Shown one piece after another: positions 53,646 through 64,000 of a DNA stretch of 64,000 nucleotides. The position numbers were made by a program, and so were the translations under genes. How positions within the stretch are numbered: the stretch's first letter is position 1; each line of letters opens with the position of its first letter. The DNA comes from Lobosporangium transversale (lineage: Eukaryota). Location: contig NW_019028981.1 in assembly GCF_002105155.1 (NCBI RefSeq), forward strand, positions 372,001 through 436,000, read 5' to 3'. The notes beneath the pieces are model-generated. The model was given only the letters and a program-made list of their open reading frames with translations. It made no database searches and was not told the origin of the DNA.

Positions 53646-53708
53646 TCGAGTCTATTTCCAATAAACCCTCACGATCACTTAGGCCTCTGTTATAAAAAAA
53701 AAAAAAAA
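53643..53708 (+). mobile_element. Possible further short retro-tail
   Basis: AATAAA-ccctcac...gttat-(A)n, same layout as the neighbouring tails but more diverged. Confidence 0.4.
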
Positions 53709-53801
53709 GGATTTTTTTGTACATTGCTTCTACTAATTTTTTGTACCTGTGCTATAAATATGCATTTTGATTCAGGTCTATGGATTTTCACTCATAATGC
53801 T

Positions 53802-55315
53802 TTAAGCAACAACTGCAGCTGCCTTGGTGGACCATCCAGAAGCGCCAGTACGCATGCGCTCGCCTTCAAAGACTTCCTTGACCTCCAAAAGATCGCCTAC
53901 GCGGATCTCGCCTGAATGGGTATTAGGTACTGCATTGATTCCAACACAAGCGAAGAATTTGGCCTTCTTGCCCTTATCAACTCGGCGAACACTCTGCAGG
54001 GTTTTCTGAGGTTGAAGCTTGTCCTTGATGCCAGTCTCAGGATCAATATTAGGCATGTCACAGCGTGTGCAGCGACAGGTAAAGTAGTAAGTCACTCCGC
54101 GAATGTCGACTGTACACCAGGTGTCCTCTTCCCAAGGTTTAGAAACACCTGAGATGAGAAGGTTAGGGCGAAAGTTGAGATGTGAGACAGGCTTCTCCAA
54201 ATGAGTGTTAACATCCACCATCGACTCTTCTGAAAGGCAGAGGAGGGGGTAGTTATCAGCAAACGCAGTCTAATTTTTCAATTATATTAGGGAAAGAGGA
54301 AGAGAGAATGTGTGTTTTAATACCAAACAATGATTAGCGGGTTATAATTATGGTTGAGAGTGGTTGAGCGAATAAGCTTACCTCAGGCTCAAAACCAATT
54401 TCAGCAACACCAGGCGCATGCTCGATAACTGGGCGCTTATGGTGAGGCGATTTGTAAACGAGGCGGGAAGGGACGCCTAAGTAATCGGTAAAGAACTGAG
54501 CTGCTTCATCACCAAGATCAGCGGACTCAAGTAAATCTCCCCAGACGTTAACGGTGCGCTTCTCGTACTTGCTGATGCTAATACAAAAAAAGAAAAAAGA
54601 AGATAGATGGTCCCAATTGCTAAATTAGCATCGCGATATGAGGGACCAAAGACAAGGCAGAGATGGCTAACAGGCACGAATACTTTACTCAGGGACCAAG
54701 GGAAGAGTCAAGGTCTTGTCTGCAGCGATAACAACAAGCTCATTGCCAACAATCTTCGGTTCGATCAATGTCATCTAGTGATGATAATTGAAAAAGCATC
54801 TTTTAAAAAGTCGTTACTAAAGCAGTTATAGATAAGCAATAGGAGCGGTAAAAGGATATTGAAAGAGCAAACCATTTGCATTCCAGGAAACGTACCGAAG
54901 GAAGCTCTCGCATGGTTCTTTGTTTGTTAGTTTCAGGATCGACAACCAAAAAGACGCGATCATGCTATTCCATCAGAAATGGAGATAAAAACACTATGCT
55001 TTAGTTTCCACAACATTGAATGGGTGAAATGTTTAAAGTATCGTTGCGCATGGCAATTGGAATAATTTACCAGAAGACCGTCTGTTGATCCCCAACATTT
55101 AAATATTGGTTCATTTCGTGTAAAATAAAGGCAATGGATAGGAAGGTGATGTAGAAGATAAATATGAATATGGTCAGATTTATTACTTGGCGCTGCGCAA
55201 AAGCAATGGTGGCATTATTATCATTATTACACTTGGAGAGCTGCGACTCCTCCAACTCGACAGCCTTGCACGACTTGATAGGATAGATGTAGATCTTTGA
55301 AATAACAGGAGCCAT
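53802..55315 (-). CDS. MOSC domain protein (mARC/YcbX-like molybdoenzyme), ~5 exons
   Basis: ISKIYIYPIKSC, DRVFLVVD, MTLIEP, AFADNYPLL, NFRPNLLISG, CRCTRCDMPNIDPETG and GEIRVGD. Confidence 0.92.
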
Positions 55316-56023
55316 GATGAAATGAGTCTAATTGTGAAGTGGTGAAGAATGACAAATGTAATTTGAGGAAAATGTAATTAGAGGAAAATAAAAAAGTTTA
55401 CACAAATCGATTTTTTATAGGCATAGAGGAGGTGACGGAGGAGCCTTAAAAGCTTCTTTGGATCAAACCCTTTCAACTGAGAATCTCCTAAAAGCCGGAG
55501 ACTTTCTTTGTAAGCGTGCCTTATCCACCTTCATTTTAGGCCCTTTACTTTCATGACAAATCGTGACTCAAAACAAAAGAAAAAAGTCCTTGGCTTGCGC
55601 CCATTGGCACTATCCTAATGGTTTATCAGCCAAGAATAACATTTTTCATCGTTCACTAAGCTTGAGGAATACATATTTTTTGGGGGACAAATTCAAGTCC
55701 ACTATATCAGTTCACACAGATTGCTTCTTGCAGCACCCGGATTGGCGACAAGTGTCGACGCCAACAGTAGCTGGGGGTTATAGGGCTCATATGCCGAAAC
55801 CAATTAGTGTCTTGTCCTTATGGCTATCGAACTGAATGGATCATTGACGCTTGAGACTACATTGTCCCCAAGCTCTAGACGAATGTGACTTGTTTCATGT
55901 TAAGCCTACTCTTGTGTATCCACACGCGTTATTCTTTTTTCAATTTTGTAATGTTCCTGTTCAACATTGTCCTTTGCTTCATTTCTCATTCCATCCAACT
56001 GACAACAGCAGCAATAACAATAA

Positions 56024-57083
<1,060 letters not shown>

Positions 57084-57351
57084 CTTGAATAATAAACACA
57101 AAAAATTATGAAAAAAGAAAAAATGAGAAAAAAATAACCATAAATAAAAAACTACTCATTTTGTGAGCGAGTATGTATAAAAAAGGAACAAAACATGCGG
57201 TGTCTATACTATCAATGACTCTATTTGATTTCAAAAGAGGTTTAACTCGACTTTTATATAGTAATCAAGGTTTCAAAGGAAAGAAGGCAAGAAGAGGTTT
57301 TTATCGTACATGAGTGGTGTATTAGTTTATTTGACTATATGATGTATAATG

Positions 57352-59208
57352 TTACAAGTTCTTTGGGAACCACTCTCCATAAAGATTTGGCCTACGTCTT
57401 TCGACGGAATCTTTATAAGCTTTGAGCATGAACCCCATCCAGCTTTTTGGCTCGATTGATGCCTGCCAGCTATTATGCCAATGATATGCGTAAGCTCCAG
57501 TAAAGAAGACTTCAGGACCAGCTGAAAATTCGACTTCTTCACCTTCTTGTCTAGGACAAACCGTATTCGGTGCCTCATGGAACACATCAGTGAATCCAGG
57601 CAAGTCCTCAAGCATTTTTTCTGGATCGGTCGATTTTGTAGGCTCTGCATGGTCTACACGCAACCATAGTGGGTCAAAAACTGCAGGAGGAACCATTATC
57701 AGGCCATTGCCCTCGATCGCCTTGTCCTGTGGACGAAGATATTCGCGCAACCGTGCTGGATGATAAATTTCTTCAGGTCTCATGCCATGCAGGACTCTCA
57801 GCTGACGACGGCGGAGACGGCGATGGGAGGATGATTTGGGAAGCGGTTTCAAGGCTTTGTTCTTGACATGGGTCCTGACTTGGTGGACAAAATCCAGGGT
57901 ACTTTTTTTGGCTACTGATGCTTCTTTCTCTTCGTCCCTGATATTTTCTAACTCTTTTTCACGTCTTTCTTCTTCCTCCATCTCCTCCATTTCTGCTTCT
58001 AGCTGCTGTTCTTCCATCCGTTGTCGCTGCAGTTCTCGCTCCAACTGTTTCAACCTTAAAATCTCTGCTTTTCTCCTTTTGGCGCCATCCAAGATACGTC
58101 TGGCCACAGAGCTTCCAGGAAGCAATCTAAGGATAGCAGTGTTGTACATTCCGGTATGGCTCCATTCGTATGCAAATTCGAGCCCGGCATCATAAAACGG
58201 TGACATGTCCTTAAGAAGTAAGACGTCTGCATCCAAGTAAATGCCCCCGTTGCGGTTCAAAATCAAGAAACGAGCTTCATCTGAGAGTGCAACAGGCTTC
58301 GCGGGCCCATCCTTCCCGATCTCTTGTTCTGACTGCTGATTCGGATAAGAATATGCGAGTTCTGCTGTCTGATTCCACGAGTGGATGGTAATGTATTGAT
58401 TCAAAGGCTCTGTGACTAACGGGGCTGAATAAGGATTTTTGATATAATCCTCTGGGACACCTCCTGGAAGATCCGCAGAGTCGATCCACAGATGCAAGTG
58501 TGCACGGTTAAGAGGTTGTGTGAATAGAAATGCATGCGAACTCAATGATAGTTTGTCTGTGATAGGTCCACGCCAAAAGATATGAAAATCCATCTTGTTG
58601 CTATCGATGGTGATAGGCGGCGATGCCGAGATTAGATACTCATGCTCTCTTTTAGCAAGATAGTCCAAACAGTGGGCAGATGTATGAATGCGGCGATTGC
58701 AAGGCTCCTTGATCGCGGCAAACTCGATAACGCGGTTATGAGGCGGTCGCTCCAAGAAGCGCGGGTGTTTACTGTTGGCTTCACTGTCTTTGGTATTGTG
58801 GATATACTCCATCCATTCGCGATATGAGGAGAAATCTGATGAAATGTCGTTGGAGTTCACAGTTGGCTGTCGTTGCTGATTGATGATGATGTTGGTGTTA
58901 TTTATGGAATTGCAGAAGGCCACGAAGGCTCTTGAGTTTAAATCTGTAATATGTGCATTCTTACTAAAAAGTCTCTCATCTAGTGGTTGATACTGTTCCG
59001 TTGACTGTTCCTTGGTCATATTAGGATTTGATAGTGAGGGTGACGTTAATGACGACGGTGAAGAGTGGGTATATGGTCTCGGTGTAGAAGATGATTCATC
59101 CATATCCACGCTGTTGAGATCTGACCATAAGGAGAGATAGAAGAGTGTAGCGAACGCACTAACAGCAGCCAAGATGGCGACTGCTTGGTACTGCAGCACC
59201 AGCTGCAT
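57352..59208 (-). CDS. Type II membrane glycosyltransferase with DxD motif (GT32-like)
   Basis: Single-exon 618-aa ORF with an N-terminal TM helix, FHIFWRG, LSDEARFLILNRNGGIYLDADVLLLKD, YNTAIL and YAYHWHNSW. Confidence 0.85.
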   Translation of the reverse strand: MQLVLQYQAVAILAAVSAFATLFYLSLWSDLNSVDMDESSSTPRPYTHSSPSSLTSPSLSNPNMTKEQSTEQYQPLDERLFSKNAHITDLNSRAFVAFCNSINNTNIIINQQRQPTVNSNDISSDFSSYREWMEYIHNTKDSEANSKHPRFLERPPHNRVIEFAAIKEPCNRRIHTSAHCLDYLAKREHEYLISASPPITIDSNKMDFHIFWRGPITDKLSLSSHAFLFTQPLNRAHLHLWIDSADLPGGVPEDYIKNPYSAPLVTEPLNQYITIHSWNQTAELAYSYPNQQSEQEIGKDGPAKPVALSDEARFLILNRNGGIYLDADVLLLKDMSPFYDAGLEFAYEWSHTGMYNTAILRLLPGSSVARRILDGAKRRKAEILRLKQLERELQRQRMEEQQLEAEMEEMEEEERREKELENIRDEEKEASVAKKSTLDFVHQVRTHVKNKALKPLPKSSSHRRLRRRQLRVLHGMRPEEIYHPARLREYLRPQDKAIEGNGLIMVPPAVFDPLWLRVDHAEPTKSTDPEKMLEDLPGFTDVFHEAPNTVCPRQEGEEVEFSAGPEVFFTGAYAYHWHNSWQASIEPKSWMGFMLKAYKDSVERRRPNLYGEWFPKNL

Positions 59209-62200
59209 TAGAAAGAGGGATTTCGTTACGCGTCACAGGACTTAGGTTGCTTTGCTTTTGATGATATATTCTCAAACAAGTAAAAGGCAGGAGAAGCAAA
59301 TAAAGACGTCTAGCGTTTTGAATGAGGAATGAGGAATGAAGATGGAAGAGTGAATCAGTTTGTCAAGGAGGAGAGGGATGATACAAAGAAAAACGATAAA
59401 AGGAAGCGGTTTTCTGGAAGCAAAAAGAAAGAAACAAAGAAACAAAGAAAAAAAAAACGTTGTTTGTATGCGTGTATCAAGGATGCTCGCCGCCAATATT
59501 TATACAGATGTAGTTTGGTATCAATTGTGTAATATTAAAATGTTTGATGTCTTTATTTGTCTTATTAGTGTTTGAAAAGAAGAACTGTGATTCTAGAGAT
59601 AAAAGGGTATGTACAATGTAAATGTCCAATGAGGAGGCAGAAAGATCTTTATTTGTTACAACACTCACATAAAACAGCCCCATCTCTTGTTCGCTTGGAA
59701 AATTTAAAAATGTTGCTCCTTAGTAAAATTTCGAGTTTGGTCCATTAGATAATACGCTACAGAGGCTGGTCTGGTGAAACCCCATAATTTGTATTATAGA
59801 TTAAGAGGCATGGACTTGGTAGCTTGCTCGTGTCATTCTTTTCTACCTTTTTGCATGCATGTACTAATAGATCGTAGCGAGTAGGCACCAAACAGGTGTT
59901 TTTTTTTTTTTTTTTTTCTGTTATAAAGATCTCCCTCCTTGACTGTTGTTATTGTTGTTTGTAAGTTATAAGCAGACGAGCACTGCCCTGGTTTTGAAAA
60001 CAAGGTTGTCACGAAATTATTACAATTGTGGAACAATTGGAATTGGCAATTCAGAAGCAGCACACGAGCCAATTATGATTGCTCATTTGATGGCGAAAAA
60101 AAAAGAGGGCTCACAAAAACGATGAAATTCGGTAATATCAGTATAGATATACTTTAGGAACATTTAAAAGTGATGTTGCCTTGTTTGAACAGTAAAGATT
60201 ATACAGTATATATTACAAACGTTTGTCTGATTATGTTCTTCCATAATGAGGAAATACAACAGTAGTTAATTTTCGAGAATTTGTCTTCATACCTTTGCTG
60301 ATTGACAAAACGAATCATTCAGGATTGAATGCGTAGTATATGTTTAATTCGGAAATTAAAAGAAAAAGTCTTGTTCCTTACCCTCATAGCATTAGGATAT
60401 AAGCCCTTCATATGCACAGTGGATTGAGCAATTAGCCATGTTCAACCCACGTTTCTGGTATCTGGACTGGAACTTAATTTGTCAATCTGATAGTGATTCA
60501 TTAAACCTCAGATAAGGCAATAAAAACGTGCATGGTTTGCTATTGCTAACTCAAGTAGACTTTTTTTCCTCGGTTCCATTCCAGCTGAGTTGAATAGAAT
60601 AGTTTCTGTCTTGGGGAATTCATTAGTTAAATATCCTAACTCTTGCAAGTGCACAAAAGAAAAGAATGATGGTGATACTTATTCAACTGCCATGTATCGT
60701 CTGGTTCATCTAGCTGCGACTCCATACTAAAGCAATGATTTGATGGTTGCATTGATGTATCCGAGGCTATTCAGGAATTACACATATATAATCCTGACTA
60801 AATGAAGGTCGTTGGTGCAGCATCACCTTATGACGATCTACTACCATTTTTTACAGTCGAGCATCAGCGAAGTTCTCGCAGGTCGCAGCAGAAAGAAGGA
60901 TAGGGACGAGAGAAGTAATAGCAGCAGTTGCAATGGTGTAAAATACTCTTAAAAGCAAGAAAGAAAGTCAAGGTGGTGTGCTCTAGACCAATATGTGTGA
61001 ACAAGAGAGATTCTGCTTTAAAGGCAAGTTTTTTTAAGGAGCGAATTAGAAAAAGAGCGGACAAAGGTTTGAAGTGGCTACCTACTTTCTTGGCGAAAAA
61101 AGATAAGTACGATTTTCTGCAGCACCTCAAGTCATTGAATGGGTTGTTACTGACTATTCAAGCAGGCTTTAAAACTGATAAATATATGTGATCCATTTTA
61201 ATTTATGACCTACATATTCTTCAAGGAGATGGTTGCGTGGAAGATAAATAAGCATGTATGAATGCAGTTTCGTTGATTCTGTTGCTGATCAATTCATTGA
61301 GCAGTGGGCTCACGGATTTCAAAATATATATATTTGAAAATATATATCAAAATATGGCAGTGGTTGGAAGAAGCGAGCCACATTGATATGGATGCACAAG
61401 TCAACTGGCATTTAGAGCTGCACTGGGATAGGGTTTCGTCTCAGGATCATGGTTAATAGCACCTTACCAGATATTAGACTTCTTGATCCAAGAGTTACAA
61501 AAGACGCGCGAGAATCAATCCTTCTGTGCTGCAATGCGATGTGGTTGACAAACGGAGGCCATCTGTGTCATGTGAGGCATGTATGTCTTTGAAAGTTTTG
61601 TATAAAGACGATCCATAATCTATAGCTTAATTTATTTTTTTCTTTCTTCTATACGTTCCTTATTGCCTAAAAGAGATGGGGCAAGGAGCTGAAGAACAGC
61701 GAAAATATGCTACAAAGACTCAATATATTTGACACGCAAGTTGTTAGATGAAGAATTAATGAGATTAGTGTAGCTATGGAGGGTCCCGGTTCTTTTCGAA
61801 GGTGACCTAGGATGTGGGTTGACCTTTGGTTAATCTGAATGCCATCATTGAAGCGACAGGAAAACAAGATTTACTTGACACTAATAGCCTTCTTGGTTGA
61901 TAAAGATGCACGATAGTGAGTGCCTATCACATGTGGTTGAAGTGGTTATCATTAGTATACTTGACTCACCATTTCAATAACCTGCGCAGGAATAATGGCT
62001 GGATTTATTCGTTTTTTGTTGTGTGATTAATAAAAAAAGAAAAAAGAAAGGAAAGCCAAAGTTACCCCGATCTGCCCGCTTCAGCTTTGTTTCTTCTGCT
62101 AACCAGTGTAAGCATGAAAGAACTTCCTTTCTTTATGCGAACTCATGAATGAGAGGCCTTATGAATAAATTGATGTAATATATACGTGCGCATGTAAAGG

Positions 62201-62508
62201 ATAATAAAGATGACAGACGGTGGAAGCATTGACCATGTTGCATAGGAGTGGGAAATTGTCCAGATGTAGTCTTAGGGATGCTCCCTTCTTTCTATCACAA
62301 TGGGGTCTGTGAGTGTTAGTGTAATAATACCGCGTCGAGGTCTACGTTTACCGTTGTGCAGTTAAGGGTAAGAGAGAAAAAATGCAATCATGTCACTTGG
62401 ATCGTACAGATCATGTAAAGAACACAACAAAGGTGCTTTTTTTTTTGTACCCCCTTGGAAGTTTCTATTCCATGAGAGGGGTTGTGGAGAGAAATCAAAA
62501 AATCCAGT

Positions 62509-62544
<36 letters not shown>

Positions 62545-63082
62545 CGAGGGATATGATGCATGCATGCAAGTTTTGAATGTGTGGGGTTGTAGTCTTTTAT
62601 TTACTTTTTTTTTTTGGTCTGATGACCACTTCCTTTTTTACTTATTATTCTAATCAAAGAGTCCAAAAGAGTGCTGTTTCACCAAACGCGACCAGGACGC
62701 GTTGTTTTTTTTATCCTTGTCTTGTACTTCCGGATCATTCTTTCTCTCTCCATCTAGGCTAAGTACTCACTCACACTCACCTTCATTTCCATTGACTCCA
62801 CATAAAGCATTGAGCGGCGAGCATGGACGAGTTTTTGTTTTGCCACATTGCCACATTGTCATCACTGTCCTTGGCCTTATTTTGGGTACATGTACATGTT
62901 GAGGAAATGAACTTTAAAGATCTGTAAATAAATAAATAAAAAGCACATCAGTTCTCGCCATCATCATTCTTTTTTTCTTCTTGCTCTCACGGTTGCTATT
63001 CTCTCATTTTCTCCCGCTTTTTGTGCTTTACCTTTTTGTTTGTTCAAGATCTGCCTGCATATCCCTTCGCGTGACAGCATTA

Positions 63083-63119
<37 letters not shown>

Positions 63120-63385
63120 CCCCCATCGCATCGAGCCACAATTGTGTCCCTGTCTGTCCCTGTTTCGCTTCCCCTTTCCCCATTTTTTTTTTTTTTTTTG
63201 TGTGAGAGAGGAAAGAGATTTTTGTTTATCTAACTTGCTTCCTCCACAACTTCGACATTGGTCATTCTTCACCATCTCCCAAACTAAGGCAAACACATCC
63301 GAAATTTACTTCATTTCACATCTCTTACTCTCATTACTTCTTTCACTCTCACTCTCACTTCTCATCCTTCATATAAAAAGACACA

Positions 63386-64000
63386 ATGACTCGAATGTCA
63401 TGCCCAGTTCAAGAGAGTGTACTCCAACAACTATTCAAGGTTCTCACCAACCTGGTATCAAGTGATAACACAATCCGAGCCTCGGCCGAGACCTATCTTA
63501 ATGCTGATTGGATACTCAAAAAGCCAGATGCTCTTCTCTCTGGACTTGCACACTTTGCAAAACATAGTGAAGTGGCCGATGTAAGTCATAAGACAAAAAA
63601 GGGGGATCTTGTTAGGAAAAATAAAGATAATGCAGGTTCTTGATCTGGCTGATCAATAGAGAGATAGAAAGAGGGGAAGAGTGAGAAAGGGTTGGATCGC
63701 GTGAGAAAGATGCATCAGACATAAAGGGCGTGTTGTTCATTTTTTATATATATGTATATTTATTCATATTTCTTATTGTATTCTACTATCCTTCACGTCG
63801 GGACAGTTACGTTCTTTCGCTGCAGTCTTAACACGTCGAGTTGCTTTCAAAGCTCCCGCGAACCAAGATGCCAGATCATCAGGGACCAAGTCTCCATCAT
63901 CGCCTATTCCATCTTCAGCTAGTTCGGAAACAACGTTATGGGGCAATGTACAAGAAGATACTCGGACGTATGTCAAGGCTCAATTCTTGGAGTCACTTGT
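63386..64000 (+). CDS. PSE1: Importin beta-3 / Kap121-like karyopherin, 5' part (runs out of window)
   Basis: LTNLVSSDNTIRASAE...LLSGLA...|LRSFAAVLTRR...VKAQFLESL. Intron 63581-63806. Confidence 0.8.

Noticed and set aside
59500..63300. Hidden gene in the interval before the importin
   Set aside because: Only short ORFs with no motif or consistent exon chain that I could support.

Overview
Eukaryotic, intron-containing fungal DNA with GT-AG introns, CTRAY-type branch points and very long poly(A)/poly(T) tracts. Gene style suggests an early-diverging fungus such as Mortierellaceae/Mucoromycota (inference only). About 17 protein-coding genes, mostly housekeeping: MTHFR (partial), Cdc14-like phosphatase, an orphan ORF, MYST acetyltransferase, cytochrome b5 reductase, ADIP/Msd1-like coiled-coil protein, NAC-beta, Ndt80-like transcription factor, RSA4/Notchless, a Bni4/Phactr-like PP1 regulator, an AAAP amino-acid transporter, a CYP52-like P450, a Trf4-like poly(A) polymerase, a MOSC protein, UBC13, a GT32 glycosyltransferase and importin beta-3 (partial). 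The most interesting part is a ~4.1-kb nested mobile-element cluster (49.6-53.7 kb) directly upstream of a tRNA-Asp(GTC) gene. It holds a full-length tRNA-headed SINE with a 19-bp TSD whose 3' part is shared with a neighbouring LINE, a MULE-like non-autonomous DNA element (9-bp TSD) with a LINE inserted in its TIR, and several retro-tails sharing a terminal stem-loop. One LINE copy also carries a 127-bp captured fragment of an MPG/AAG-type 3-methyladenine DNA glycosylase gene. All calls come from reading the sequence; no searches were run.
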